64,000 nt of DNA from Gemmatimonadaceae bacterium (GTDB lineage Bacteria > Gemmatimonadota > Gemmatimonadetes > Gemmatimonadales > Gemmatimonadaceae), in assembly GCA_051859245.1 (NCBI GenBank), contig JBHYGA010000001.1, positions 1,725,722 through 1,789,721 of the forward strand, in the 5' to 3' direction. The translations under genes and the position numbers were made by a program. Of this stretch, positions 1 through 10,405 are shown piece by piece. The notes below the pieces were generated by a model. It ran no database searches. It saw nothing but the letters and a program-made list of their open reading frames with translations, and was not told the origin of the DNA. Position 1 is the stretch's first letter; the number at the start of each line of letters is the position of its first letter.

Positions 1-62
1 CAATCGATGAGTTGTCCGAGCCGTTTGGCAACTCAGTCCATCAAACGCGCAGCGCCCCGTGA
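1..62 (+). CDS. nuoB: 3' end of upstream gene, probably NADH-quinone oxidoreductase subunit B (partial)
   Basis: Open frame from base 3 (IDELSEPFGNSVHQTRSAP*) ends in TGA 60-62, overlapping the nuoC GTG (GTGA coupling); identity inferred from position only. Confidence 0.6.
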   Translation, partial: IDELSEPFGNSVHQTRSAP

Positions 63-808
63 CCGCGTCGCTACCGCCGTACGAATCACCGATGCCGGGA
101 AGCGCGCGAGAAGCGGCCGGTCTGCCTGATCCTGTCACGCCACATCACATCGCGCACCACGGGGGACCCGAGAATCCTTCCGTCGCCGCACTTCGCGAGC
201 GATTTGGTGGCGTCGTGATTCGCTCGCACGTAATGTGGGGCGACACCACGGTGTTCGTGGACCTGAAGTCCGTGCATGACGTGATTCGGTTCTTGCGCGA
301 CGACACGGCACACGCGTACAACTACCTTGTGGACATCACGGCGGTGGAATATCGCGACACGGATCAGCCGCTCGAAGTGGTGTGGCATGTGCGCTCGCTT
401 CCGTGGCAGCGTTTCCTGCGCATCAAGGTGCAACTACCCGCGGGCAGCGCGTTGGAAGTGCCGAGCATCACGGATTTGTATGCGGCCGCCGATTGGTTGG
501 AGCGCGAGTGCTACGACATGTTTGGCATCACGTTCAATGGCCATCCGGATCTGCGTCGCATCCTCATGTGGGACACCTACAACGAAGGGCATCCGCTGCG
601 AAAGGATTTTCCGTTGCGCGGTCGCTTCAGTCGTGCGGAGCAGCTGTCACAAGCGCTCAAGATCGATACGTCGGGCGGGTACTCAACCACCGAACTGTCC
701 GTCGCAGAAGCCTTCAACGATTTACCGGAAGACATGAAGCAACGCCTGCGCGCGGCGCGCGCCGTTGATCCGTTGGCGGGTGCGCTGCCGCCGGAGGATG
801 CACGGTGA
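59..808 (+). CDS. nuoC: NADH-quinone oxidoreductase subunit C
   Basis: WLERECYDMFGITFNGHPDLRRILM and GHPLRKDFPL motifs. Confidence 0.95.
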   Translation: MTASLPPYESPMPGSAREAAGLPDPVTPHHIAHHGGPENPSVAALRERFGGVVIRSHVMWGDTTVFVDLKSVHDVIRFLRDDTAHAYNYLVDITAVEYRDTDQPLEVVWHVRSLPWQRFLRIKVQLPAGSALEVPSITDLYAAADWLERECYDMFGITFNGHPDLRRILMWDTYNEGHPLRKDFPLRGRFSRAEQLSQALKIDTSGGYSTTELSVAEAFNDLPEDMKQRLRAARAVDPLAGALPPEDAR

Positions 809-2103
809 GCAAGCGGACCATTGAAATGGCAGTGGGTACGGCCGGCCTCGACGCGTACGGTCAGCCGATTCGCGCGCCGCTGAGCGTGCGTTCGCAGGGC
901 GCGTTGGCACTTGAAGCGCCGTACGAGCCGGAACTCGAAAGCGATCACATGCTGATCAACATCGGGCCGCAGCATCCGGCAACGCACGGCGTGCTGCGAC
1001 TGGTGCTGGAGCTCGACGGAGAAACCGTGGTGCGCTGTGTGCCGCACATCGGCTACCTTCACTGCGGGTTTGAGAAAATCGGTGAGTATCGCCAGTACAA
1101 TCAGATCATTCCGTGGACCGATCGGGAAGACTACCTGAACTCGATCGGCAACAATGTGGCGTTCGTCCTTGGTGCCGAGCGTTTGTTCGGCATCGAGATC
1201 ACGCCGCGCTGCACGGTGTTGCGCGTGATTGCGATGGAGTTGTCGCGCATCATGTCGCACCTCGTGTGGATGGGCACCACGTGCATTGACATCGGTGCAT
1301 TCACGCCGTTCCTCTGGCTGTATCAGGAACGTGAAAATCTGTACAACCTGCTCGAAGGCTGGGTTGGCGCGCGCCTCACCACCAGTGCCACGCGTGTTGG
1401 TGGGATGGCCGCCGAAATCCCCGATGGTTGGATGGATGGTCTGAACGCGTTCATCCGGAACTTCCGCAAGACGCTGAACGAGTCGGACAAGATGCTGTCG
1501 AAAAACGGCATCTGGATGGGGCGTACCGTTGGCATCGGCGCACTGACTGCGGAAGAAGCCATCAACTGCGGTATGTCCGGCGCGATGCTTCGCGCGTCCG
1601 GCGTCGCGTACGATGTGCGAAAGGACGTTCCCTATCTCGACTACGAGACCTACGATTTTGACGTCGCCGTTGGCACCAGCGGCGATGTGTACGATCGCTA
1701 TCTCGTGCGTGTGGAAGAAATGCGGCAGAGTATTCGCATTCTCGAGCAGGCCGTGCAGCGGTTGCCCGACGGTCCACTCAACGTGGATGATCCGCGCGTG
1801 ATTCTGCCGCCCAAGACCAAAGCGACGAGCCAGATGGAAAGCATGATCCACCATTTCAAGCTCGTGATGGAAGGTCCGCGTCCGCCGATTGGTGAGGTCT
1901 ACGTACCAGTTGAAAGCCCCAAAGGCGAAAAGGGCTACTACCTCGTGTCAGACGGCACGAGCAAGCCGGTGCGCTGGCGTATTCGTCCGCCTGCGTTTGT
2001 GAATCTTTCCGCGATTCCCCGAATGGTCGAAGGGCACTTGCTCTCGGACGTCATCGCCATCAACGCGAGCATTGACATCGTGATGGGAGAAATCGACCGA
2101 TGA
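805..2103 (+). CDS. nuoD: NADH-quinone oxidoreductase subunit D
   Basis: NIGPQHPATHGVLRL, GYLHCGFEK, C-terminal DIVMGEIDR. Confidence 0.97.
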   Translation: MSKRTIEMAVGTAGLDAYGQPIRAPLSVRSQGALALEAPYEPELESDHMLINIGPQHPATHGVLRLVLELDGETVVRCVPHIGYLHCGFEKIGEYRQYNQIIPWTDREDYLNSIGNNVAFVLGAERLFGIEITPRCTVLRVIAMELSRIMSHLVWMGTTCIDIGAFTPFLWLYQERENLYNLLEGWVGARLTTSATRVGGMAAEIPDGWMDGLNAFIRNFRKTLNESDKMLSKNGIWMGRTVGIGALTAEEAINCGMSGAMLRASGVAYDVRKDVPYLDYETYDFDVAVGTSGDVYDRYLVRVEEMRQSIRILEQAVQRLPDGPLNVDDPRVILPPKTKATSQMESMIHHFKLVMEGPRPPIGEVYVPVESPKGEKGYYLVSDGTSKPVRWRIRPPAFVNLSAIPRMVEGHLLSDVIAINASIDIVMGEIDR

Positions 2104-2639
2104 CATACGGACCGAGCAGCGGACAACTTGTGCGTCCTCCGGAGCATCATCACGATGAGCCGTACGTGCCGGTGTTCACTGGCGCACGCCGCGAGGAGCT
2201 CGACACAATTCTCTCGCGCTATCCCACAAAGATGGCGGCACTGCTGCCCGCATTGTGGATGGTGCAGGATGTGCACGGCTGGGTGAGCGAAGCCGCCGTG
2301 GAAGAAGTGGCGAGCGTGCTTGATCTCACGCCGGCGTACGTGAAAGGCGTGTTGTCGTTCTACACCATGTACCACCAGCATCCGGTGGGCAAACACTTTG
2401 TGCAAGTGTGCACCACCACGCCGTGCAATGTGTGCGGCGCCGAAGATGTGGTGAAAGCATTCCTCGAGCATACGGGCTGCGGCGAACTTGGTGTCACGTC
2501 GCCCGACAATCGCTTCACCGTGATCGAAGTGGAATGCCTCGGCGCGTGCGGATTCGCCACGCCGGTCATGATCAACAATGAATTCATCGAGTCCGTGACA
2601 CCTGAGCGTGTGGCGCGGATCGTGGCGGAGCACGACTGA
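2100..2639 (+). CDS. nuoE: NADH-quinone oxidoreductase subunit E (2Fe-2S)
   Basis: SFYTMY, CTTTPC...ECLGAC cluster ligands. Confidence 0.95.
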   Translation: MTYGPSSGQLVRPPEHHHDEPYVPVFTGARREELDTILSRYPTKMAALLPALWMVQDVHGWVSEAAVEEVASVLDLTPAYVKGVLSFYTMYHQHPVGKHFVQVCTTTPCNVCGAEDVVKAFLEHTGCGELGVTSPDNRFTVIEVECLGACGFATPVMINNEFIESVTPERVARIVAEHD

Positions 2640-3976
2640 TGGGCTTTCCGCATCCTTCGCACGAACGTGAAACGCCGGTGCTGTCCAGGTATTTCGGCGA
2701 TCCCGACGCGAAAACGCTGGCTGGCTGGCGTGCGCGTGGTGGATACACGTCGTTTGAAAAGGCGCTGGGCATGGACCCGGTGGAAATACAGAACATCGTG
2801 AAGGATTCCGGGTTGCGCGGTCGAGGCGGCGCCGGGTTTCCCACGGGCATCAAGTGGTCTTTCATGAAGCCCGACGGAAAAACGCACTACCTCTGCTGCA
2901 ACGCCGACGAGTCCGAGCCCGGCACGTTCAAGGATCGTGAGATCATGCGGTGGACGCCGCACGCACTCATTGAAGGTGTCGCGATCGGCGCGCACGCGAT
3001 CTACGCCGAGACGGCGTACATCTACATTCGCGGTGAGTATTCCGAACCCATTCGTATCATGCAGGCCGCCGTTGCCGAGGCCTACGCGGCCGGCATTCTT
3101 GGTGCGAATGCCATGGGTACGGGCAAGCGCATTGATGTGCACGTGCACCGTGGTGCCGGCGCGTACATCTGCGGCGAAGAAACGGCGCTCATGAACTCGC
3201 TCGAAGGCCGCCGCGGCAACCCGCGCATCAAGCCGCCCTTCCCAGCGGTCGCGGGTTTGTTTGGTCAGCCTACCACCATCAACAATGTGGAGACGTTGAC
3301 CGCGGTACCGCACATTCTGCGTGAAGGCGCCGAGTGGTACCAGAAGTTCGGTCGGGAAGACAATCCGCGCAGCCGCGGCACGAAGTTGTTTTCGGTGTGC
3401 GGCAACATCGCACGCCCCGGCAACTACGAAGTCGCCATGGGCTTTCCGTTTGGTGAGTTCCTGAACGACCTGTGCGGCGGCGCGTTGCCGGGTCGCGAGA
3501 TCAAAGCCGTGATTCCTGGTGGTTCCTCTGTGCCGATCCTGACGCGCGAAGAAGCCGAGAACACGTTCATGGATTACGAAGGCATGGTGGCATCAGGCAC
3601 CATGCTGGGTTCGGGTGGTGTGATTGTCTTTGACGATCGCCAGGACATGGTGCGGCAGATTGCTCGCCTCGCGCGATTTTACGCGCACGAAAGCTGCGCG
3701 CAGTGTTCGCAGTGCCGCGAAGGCACCGCCTGGACCACACGCATTCTGGAACGCATCTCGGCCGGCCAGGGCAACGCGCGTGACTTCGACACACTGCTTT
3801 CCATTGCCGACAACATGACCGGCAAAACGATTTGTGTGTTGAGCGATTCATGCGCCACGCCGGTTGTCTCCGGACTCAAGAAGTTCCGCCACGAGTTTGA
3901 AGCAAAACTGGGCCCCGATCACAGTCGTGGCGTGGTACCGGTGTTGCTGACCAGCAACCGTACGGTGGCGGCGTGA
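2639..3976 (+). CDS. nuoF: NADH-quinone oxidoreductase subunit F (FMN/NADH binding)
   Basis: SGLRGRGGAGFPTG, NADESEPGTFKDR, GAGAYICGEETAL, ESCAQCSQCREG. Confidence 0.97.
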   Translation: MGFPHPSHERETPVLSRYFGDPDAKTLAGWRARGGYTSFEKALGMDPVEIQNIVKDSGLRGRGGAGFPTGIKWSFMKPDGKTHYLCCNADESEPGTFKDREIMRWTPHALIEGVAIGAHAIYAETAYIYIRGEYSEPIRIMQAAVAEAYAAGILGANAMGTGKRIDVHVHRGAGAYICGEETALMNSLEGRRGNPRIKPPFPAVAGLFGQPTTINNVETLTAVPHILREGAEWYQKFGREDNPRSRGTKLFSVCGNIARPGNYEVAMGFPFGEFLNDLCGGALPGREIKAVIPGGSSVPILTREEAENTFMDYEGMVASGTMLGSGGVIVFDDRQDMVRQIARLARFYAHESCAQCSQCREGTAWTTRILERISAGQGNARDFDTLLSIADNMTGKTICVLSDSCATPVVSGLKKFRHEFEAKLGPDHSRGVVPVLLTSNRTVAA

Positions 3977-5583
3977 GCACCTCAGGACATGATGTGAAGA
4001 TGGTCAGCGTCACTATTGAGGGGCGCACCACCAGCGTGCCCGAAGGCACCACGATTATCGAGGCCGCCAAAACAGTTGGCGTCCTGATTCCTCACTATTG
4101 CTACCACCCGGGCCTGCCGGTTGCCGGTGTGTGTCGCATGTGCCTGGTGGACGTGGAGAAGTTTCCCAAGCTGGCTCCAGCGTGCGCCACCACTGTCATG
4201 GAAGGGCAGGTGGTCCATGTGCATTCTGAAAAAGCACGTGAAGCGCGCAAGGGAGTGCTCGAGTTCCTGTTGATTAACCACCCGCTCGATTGCCCGGTGT
4301 GCGATCAGGCGGGCGAGTGCGAGCTGCAGGATTACACATTTCAGGAAGGGCGTGCCGAGTCACGGTATGAAGAGCCCAAGCGCTTCAATCCGGTTGAGGA
4401 TTTTGGCGGGGACGTGATGTATGTGCCCAATCGCTGCATTCTCTGCACGCGCTGCGTGCGGTTCATGGGCGAAGTGGCAGAGGAGCCCGTGCTCAACGTC
4501 TCGGAGCGCGGTGATCGCGCGTTTATTGGCAAAGCCGAAGGCCACGATCTCACGCACGCGTGGGCCGGCAATGTGGTTGATCTCTGCCCGGTTGGCGCGT
4601 TGCTGAGCAAGGATTTTCTGAATAAGGCACGCGCCTGGGAGCTCGATCGCAGCGCGAGCATTTGCACCGGTTGTTCACAAGGCTGCAACGTGACCGTGGA
4701 AACGCGCGACAATACGGTCGTTCGACTCAAGCCCCGCTCGAACACCGCCGTCAATCACTATTACCTGTGTGAGCAGGGCCGACTCGACTATCGCTGGATC
4801 AACCGACGCGATCGCCTCGATCAACCCAAAGTTCGTGCGGATGGCGAGTGGCGCGCGGTTGACTGGGAAGACGCGTTGGATGCCGCGGCGGCGGCCCTCG
4901 CGGGCAAACACGTGACGGTACTCGCCTCGCCGAACTGCAGTAACGAAGCGCTGTTTCTTGGCGAGCGCATCATTGCCCATCAGGGTGGTGCGGGCGTGTT
5001 TCGCGTGAAGACTGGAGGAGAAGCACCACTCGCGGGTGTGGATGATCTGTCGCTGCGCGCAGAGCGTGCCGCCAACGCAACCGGTGCGCGTCTGCTCGGT
5101 TACGCGGATCTCGCCACGCATACACCAGCCTTGAGCACGGCCGACGTGTTGCTGGTGCTTGATGATGCGCTCGAGGGCGACATTCCGTCCGCGGTCACGG
5201 CAATGCTCACAAGCGGTGCCACCGTTATCCACGTTGGGACGACGCTGCCAACGCTGCTCGATCAGCGGGCACAGGTTGCGCTGCCCATCACCAATCACAC
5301 GGAAGAAGAAGGCACTTTCACCAATCTTCGCGGTCGCGTGCAGCGATTCCTGCAGGCGCGCACGGCGCCCGGATTGGCGCGTCCGAGCTGGTATGTGATG
5401 TCGGATCTTGTTGAGCGACTCGGTGCAGGCGACGGCCAGCCCATGGCAAGTAGCGTGTTCGAACAGCTTGCGACCACGCATGCATCGTTCGCGGGTCTCT
5501 CATACGCCACGCTCGCGCTGCGTGGACTGCCAGTCGTCGATGCGGCGGAACGCGACCTGCTCGCGCCGATGGTCACGGTATGA
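3973..5583 (+). CDS. nuoG: NADH-quinone oxidoreductase subunit G (short, 536 aa)
   Basis: CYHP..CRMC, HPLDCPVCDQAGEC, CILCTRC..CPVG and CTGCSQGC Fe-S motifs; EEEGTFTN. Confidence 0.93.
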   Translation: MSTSGHDVKMVSVTIEGRTTSVPEGTTIIEAAKTVGVLIPHYCYHPGLPVAGVCRMCLVDVEKFPKLAPACATTVMEGQVVHVHSEKAREARKGVLEFLLINHPLDCPVCDQAGECELQDYTFQEGRAESRYEEPKRFNPVEDFGGDVMYVPNRCILCTRCVRFMGEVAEEPVLNVSERGDRAFIGKAEGHDLTHAWAGNVVDLCPVGALLSKDFLNKARAWELDRSASICTGCSQGCNVTVETRDNTVVRLKPRSNTAVNHYYLCEQGRLDYRWINRRDRLDQPKVRADGEWRAVDWEDALDAAAAALAGKHVTVLASPNCSNEALFLGERIIAHQGGAGVFRVKTGGEAPLAGVDDLSLRAERAANATGARLLGYADLATHTPALSTADVLLVLDDALEGDIPSAVTAMLTSGATVIHVGTTLPTLLDQRAQVALPITNHTEEEGTFTNLRGRVQRFLQARTAPGLARPSWYVMSDLVERLGAGDGQPMASSVFEQLATTHASFAGLSYATLALRGLPVVDAAERDLLAPMVTV

Positions 5584-6995
5584 GCGCGAACGCCGTTTCG
5601 CCAATGATGGCGGTTGATGTGTTCGCGGATCTGTCGCGGTGGTTTCCGCGGCAGGACAGTCAGGTCGCGCCTGAGTCAGTGTACACGTTTGCACTGGCGT
5701 CGTCGATCAAACTTCTCGTCGTCTTCACGCTCTACATGCTCGGCGTGGCCTTGCTAACGCTTGCGGAACGCAAAGTATCGGCCTGGATTCAGGACCGTCG
5801 CGGTCCTAATCGCACCGGACCGTTCGGACTGTTGCAGCCGGTCGCCGACGGTTTGAAAAACCTGATGAAAGAGGAAGTGCGCCCCGCGGATGCCGATAAG
5901 TGGCTGTTCATTATCGCACCGATGTTGGCGTTCATTCCGGCCATGCTCACCTGGGCCGTGCTGCCGCTCGCATCACCGCTGCCCACACCGTGGGGATTGA
6001 TCAGCATGTCGGTTGCCAGCTTGCCGGTTGGCTATTTGTTCATGCTCGCGATTTCATCGCTCGGTGTGTACGGCCTGGTGCTGGCGGGCTGGAGCTCCAA
6101 CAACAAGTACGCGCTGCTCGGCTCGCTGCGATCCAGCGCGCAGATGATTTCCTACGAGATCGCGCTTGGCATGAGCACGATCCCTGTGTTGTTGCTGGCG
6201 GGCAATGTGTCGCTCAACGCGATTGTCGAACAGCAAGCGCATATGGGCTGGAACGTGCTTTCGCTCACGATTGCGTGGTTCATCTTTCTCGTCGCCGCTT
6301 TCGCAGAAACGAACCGATTGCCGTTTGACTTGCCCGAAGCGGAAGCGGAACTCGTGGCCGGATATCACACCGAGTACAGCGGCATGAAGTTCTCGCTGTT
6401 CTTCATTGCCGAATACGCCAACATGGCCACGATGAGTGGTCTGATGTCGGCGCTGTTCTTTGGCGGCTGGGATATTCCATTCACGCAGTGGGACAATCAG
6501 GGCGAGTTCACGGTCATCAAGACGCTGGCCACACTCGCAACGTTCGCAGCCAAAACGGGCTTCTTCCTGTTCCTGTTCATGTGGGTGCGCTGGACGCTGC
6601 CGCGCTTCCGTTACGATCAGCTGATGACGCTCGGCTGGGGCATCATGCTGCCGTTGGCACTCGGCTACATTCTTGTGATCGCGGCCGCGTCGCTGGCGCT
6701 CGACGCCCTTGGCGTACCACGTGGTGTGCCCTTCAGCCTGTCGTTGCTGGTGCTCAACCTGGCGATTGGTGCGGTGCTGCTCTGGTGGGGCGATCGGGGC
6801 AAGTTGCTCAGTCCCGCCAGTGCACGACTTGGCCAGGTAGAACTGGCACGCCGACGGGCGCGTTCGGCCGCCCCTCGCAGCATGGCAATGGGTGCACCCA
6901 CGGCGCGCACCATCGCGGTCGCCGAAGCAACGCAGGATCAGAGCGAGCCGCCGCTTGTTGGTGCGGGAACGGCCGCCGACGAGGTCACAAACTAA
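5580..6995 (+). CDS. nuoH: NADH-quinone oxidoreductase subunit H
   Basis: ERKVSAWIQDRRGPNR, AETNRLPFDLPEAEAELVAGYHTEYS, PRFRYDQLM. Confidence 0.96.
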   Translation: MSANAVSPMMAVDVFADLSRWFPRQDSQVAPESVYTFALASSIKLLVVFTLYMLGVALLTLAERKVSAWIQDRRGPNRTGPFGLLQPVADGLKNLMKEEVRPADADKWLFIIAPMLAFIPAMLTWAVLPLASPLPTPWGLISMSVASLPVGYLFMLAISSLGVYGLVLAGWSSNNKYALLGSLRSSAQMISYEIALGMSTIPVLLLAGNVSLNAIVEQQAHMGWNVLSLTIAWFIFLVAAFAETNRLPFDLPEAEAELVAGYHTEYSGMKFSLFFIAEYANMATMSGLMSALFFGGWDIPFTQWDNQGEFTVIKTLATLATFAAKTGFFLFLFMWVRWTLPRFRYDQLMTLGWGIMLPLALGYILVIAAASLALDALGVPRGVPFSLSLLVLNLAIGAVLLWWGDRGKLLSPASARLGQVELARRRARSAAPRSMAMGAPTARTIAVAEATQDQSEPPLVGAGTAADEVTN

Positions 6996-7492
6996 TGGCA
7001 ATCCGCGTCAAGGTTCTCGAACGACCGATTGAACAGGTCAGCTACATCCGATCCACATTGAGCGGACTGGCCAATACGTTCCGTCACATGGTTGATCCGC
7101 ATAAGGTCACCATGCAGTACCCGGAAGAGCGCTGGGATCTCTCGCCGCGCTGGCGCGGCACGCATCGCATGCTCACGAACGAAACGGGCAAGGCCAAGTG
7201 CGTGGCGTGTGGTCTGTGCCCAACTGTGTGTCCGGCAAACTGCATCAAGCTTGTGCCAGGCGAAGACGAAGAGGGAAACCGTTTTCCTCTGATTTTCGAA
7301 ATCGATGAGTTTCGCTGCATTTTCTGCGGCTACTGTCAGGAAGTGTGTCCGGAAGAAGCCATTCATCTTGGGCGCCACTACGAGAACGCGGAGTTCTCGC
7401 GCGAAGCGTTCGTGTATGACCTGGAGCGCCTCACCGCGCAGACCCATCCGGTGAGCGAACTCTGGGACCCCGCCGACCCGAAGGGCGAATGA
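6995..7492 (+). CDS. nuoI: NADH-quinone oxidoreductase subunit I
   Basis: Two CxxCxxCxxxCP ferredoxin motifs; ATG at 6995 overlaps the nuoH TAA (ORF-track start 6488 is too far upstream). Confidence 0.95.
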   Translation: MAIRVKVLERPIEQVSYIRSTLSGLANTFRHMVDPHKVTMQYPEERWDLSPRWRGTHRMLTNETGKAKCVACGLCPTVCPANCIKLVPGEDEEGNRFPLIFEIDEFRCIFCGYCQEVCPEEAIHLGRHYENAEFSREAFVYDLERLTAQTHPVSELWDPADPKGE

Positions 7493-7998
7493 CGCCGTTC
7501 TACAAGTTTCAGTTCTATCTGTTCGCGCTGATGGCTATCGGTGCGGCGTTGTTGTTCGTCACACGCAAAAGTCCGGTCTCCGCAGCACTGTGGCTGGTCA
7601 ATGTGATGTTCGCGCTCAGCGGACTGTACGTGATGCTCGACGCGCCGTTCGTGGCCGCAGTGCAGGTGCTCGTCTATGCGGGCGCGATCATGGTGGTGTT
7701 TGTCTTCGTCGTCATGCTGCTCAATCTTGGTCGTCCGGATCAGCTGCCCGATTTGCGGGAAGCGGGGGCGCGAATCGCCGCGGGGCTTGTGGGCCTCGGC
7801 CTGTTCGCGAATCTGCTCGCCGTCCGCCGAGAATCACTGCCGGGCGTGGAGCTGTCGCCCGCGGCGGATAACGTCGTCACGCCCGTCGCAGAGTCGCTCT
7901 TCACGGAGTATTTGCTGGCGTTCGAACTCACTTCAATCTTGCTCCTCGTGGCCATTGTCGGGGCCGTTGTGCTCGCGAAAAAGAGGGCCAGCGCATGA
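7489..7998 (+). CDS. nuoJ: NADH-quinone oxidoreductase subunit J
   Basis: [36 protein letters not shown]. Confidence 0.95.
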   Translation: MTPFYKFQFYLFALMAIGAALLFVTRKSPVSAALWLVNVMFALSGLYVMLDAPFVAAVQVLVYAGAIMVVFVFVVMLLNLGRPDQLPDLREAGARIAAGLVGLGLFANLLAVRRESLPGVELSPAADNVVTPVAESLFTEYLLAFELTSILLLVAIVGAVVLAKKRASA

Positions 7999-8291
7999 TG
8001 ATCGGCGACGCGCTGATTGTGTCCGCGATTCTCTTTTGCATCGGTGTGGTCGGCGTGCTGACGCGCCGGAACGCCATCATCCTGTTCATGTGCGTTGAGC
8101 TCATGCTGAACGCGGTGAACCTGTCATTCGTGGCGTTTGCAAAGTTGCACGGCGTTGGCGGGCATGTGTTCGTCATCATGGTGATGACCATTGCCGCCGC
8201 GGAAGCAGCCGTTGGCCTGGCAATTGTCATCTCAGTGTTCCGGCACTTCGGTGCTGTGGACTTGCAGAACCTCAAGCTGCTGCGACGCTGA
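7995..8291 (+). CDS. nuoK: NADH-quinone oxidoreductase subunit K
   Basis: [30 protein letters not shown]. Confidence 0.96.
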   Translation: MMIGDALIVSAILFCIGVVGVLTRRNAIILFMCVELMLNAVNLSFVAFAKLHGVGGHVFVIMVMTIAAAEAAVGLAIVISVFRHFGAVDLQNLKLLRR

Positions 8292-10405
8292 TGGCCGCCA
8301 CTCAGACTTTGCTCGCGCACCCGCTCAATGGCACAGCTGCCGAGTGGGTGTGGCTGTTGCCGCTGTTGCCGCTGTTGGGTGCGCTGATCAATGGCGCGCT
8401 AGTGCTCTGGCCGCGACTCACCGCGTCGAACGGCACGTTTGATGAACGAGAGATCGACGCGGGTCGTCGACTCGCGGGCACACGCGGCATCACAACGCTG
8501 GTCGGGCCGGGGGTGATGCTGGCGGCGTTTGCGCTCGCGGTGGCGATTTTCATCAGCATGACCGGTGCGGGAGAGCTCACGACGCCTTTCATTCGTACCT
8601 ACGCATCGTGGATGCCGGTGGGTTCGTTGGCGATCGACTGGGGCATTCAGCTCGATCAGCTGTCCATTCTGATGACGCTCGTCATTACCGGCGTTGGATT
8701 TCTCATCCACGTGTTTTCGGTGGGCTACATGGCCACAGACGGAGGCTACGCGCGCTACTTCGCGTACCTGAACCTGTTTGTGGCGGCGATGCTCGTATTG
8801 GTCCTTGGCTCAAGCTACGCCGTGATGTTCGTGGGTTGGGAAGGCGTGGGATTAGCGTCGTACCTGCTGATCGGATTCTGGTTCAATGAAACCGCGAATG
8901 CGAACGCGGGTCGGAAGGCCTTCATTGTCAATCGCATTGGTGACTTCGGATTCCTCGTTGCGATTTTTCTGATCTTCAGCACCACCGGCACGTTGGACTA
9001 CGTGGGCGCGCACTCGGCGCTCGCCGCGGCCGCGCCCGCCGTACTCACGGCGGCGGCGCTGTTTCTTTTTCTTGGGTGTGCGGGCAAGAGCGCGCAGCTT
9101 CCGCTGTACATTTGGCTGCCCGACGCCATGGCGGGCCCCACGCCGGTGTCCGCACTCATTCACGCGGCCACCATGGTGACGGCCGGCGTGTATCTCGTGG
9201 CACGTGCTGCGCCGATCTTTGCCGGCGCGCCTGACGTTTCGCTGTTCGTCGCGCTGATCGGCTCGGTGACCGCACTCTTCGCGGCCACCATCGCGCTTCG
9301 CCAGTGGGATATCAAGAAGGTGCTGGCCTACTCCACCGTCTCCCAGCTTGGCTACATGTTCGTGGCCGTTGGCACCGGCGCGTACGCAGCGGGCGTGTTT
9401 CACCTTGTGACGCACGCGTTCTTCAAAGCGCTGCTATTCCTTGGCGCGGGTGCCGTGATTCATGCCATGCACGCGGCCTATCATCACGCGCACGAGCACG
9501 AGCAGGATGCGCAGGACCTCCGCAACATGGGCGGACTGCGCAAGTATCTGCCGGTGACGTCCACCGTGATGTGGATTGCGACGCTCGCGATCGCCGGCGT
9601 CCCTCCGCTCTCTGGATTTTTCTCGAAAGACGAGATCCTCGCGTCTGTCTTCAGCCGCGCACACGCGTCACCGATGGCCGAGATTACGTTGGCTGGCGTT
9701 CCGGGCGCCACCTGGTTGTATATCATTTACGGGTTCGGCATTCTCACCGCGCTGCTTACCGCGATCTACATGACGCGCATGATGCTCCTCGCATTCACCG
9801 GTGCCAATCGCACTGGCGAGCACGCGGCGGGAGGTTTGCATGAAGCACCATCCACGATGACCATTCCGATGATTGTGCTGGCGGTGCTGACCATCGTCGG
9901 CGGCTGGCTCAACTTGCCGGAGTTGCTGCCGCTCGGCCCTCTGCATGTGCTCAGTGATTGGCTTGCGCCGGTTACTGGCGCATCGTCGGCGGTGTTGGCG
10001 GGATCAGCGCATCTTGATCACAACACCGAACTTGTGCTTGTCGCTGTCGCCGTGATCACTGCGCTGTTGGGCATTGGCTTTGCGTTTGCGCGCTTCCGTT
10101 CGCCGGTTCCCAACAAAGAGAACGCGCCCGTGTCGCACGGATTGAGCGCATTGCTGGAGAACGCGTACGGTGTGGATGCCGGCCTTGATCGCACGGTCGT
10201 ACAGCCACTCGGCGCATTCTCGTCGCGCGTGTTGTGGCAGGGGATCGACGAGCGACTGGATCGCGCGTTCGTGACCGGTGGACAAATGCTGTCACGCGCC
10301 GCCGGTCAGGCGCATGACGCGCTCGGTGCGGGTGATGTTGGACGGTACGCGTGGGTGATCGCCCTCGGTGTGCTGGCGCTGTTGGCCGCTTTCACCCTGC
10401 GATGA
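8291..10405 (+). CDS. nuoL: NADH-quinone oxidoreductase subunit L
   Basis: GWEGVGLASYLLIGFW, GKSAQLPLYIWLPDAMAGPTPVSALIHAATMVTAG, HAFFKALLFL. Confidence 0.97.
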   Translation: MAATQTLLAHPLNGTAAEWVWLLPLLPLLGALINGALVLWPRLTASNGTFDEREIDAGRRLAGTRGITTLVGPGVMLAAFALAVAIFISMTGAGELTTPFIRTYASWMPVGSLAIDWGIQLDQLSILMTLVITGVGFLIHVFSVGYMATDGGYARYFAYLNLFVAAMLVLVLGSSYAVMFVGWEGVGLASYLLIGFWFNETANANAGRKAFIVNRIGDFGFLVAIFLIFSTTGTLDYVGAHSALAAAAPAVLTAAALFLFLGCAGKSAQLPLYIWLPDAMAGPTPVSALIHAATMVTAGVYLVARAAPIFAGAPDVSLFVALIGSVTALFAATIALRQWDIKKVLAYSTVSQLGYMFVAVGTGAYAAGVFHLVTHAFFKALLFLGAGAVIHAMHAAYHHAHEHEQDAQDLRNMGGLRKYLPVTSTVMWIATLAIAGVPPLSGFFSKDEILASVFSRAHASPMAEITLAGVPGATWLYIIYGFGILTALLTAIYMTRMMLLAFTGANRTGEHAAGGLHEAPSTMTIPMIVLAVLTIVGGWLNLPELLPLGPLHVLSDWLAPVTGASSAVLAGSAHLDHNTELVLVAVAVITALLGIGFAFARFRSPVPNKENAPVSHGLSALLENAYGVDAGLDRTVVQPLGAFSSRVLWQGIDERLDRAFVTGGQMLSRAAGQAHDALGAGDVGRYAWVIALGVLALLAAFTLR

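Noticed and set aside
6488..6994. N-terminal extension of NuoI in the ORF track
   Set aside because: Overlaps nuoH in another frame; the ATG at 6995 coupled to the nuoH stop gives a normal NuoI
9460..9510. His-rich loop in NuoL (HAMHAAYHHAHEHEQD) as a metal-binding novelty
   Set aside because: Short variable insertions at this loop seem common in NuoL; no further support
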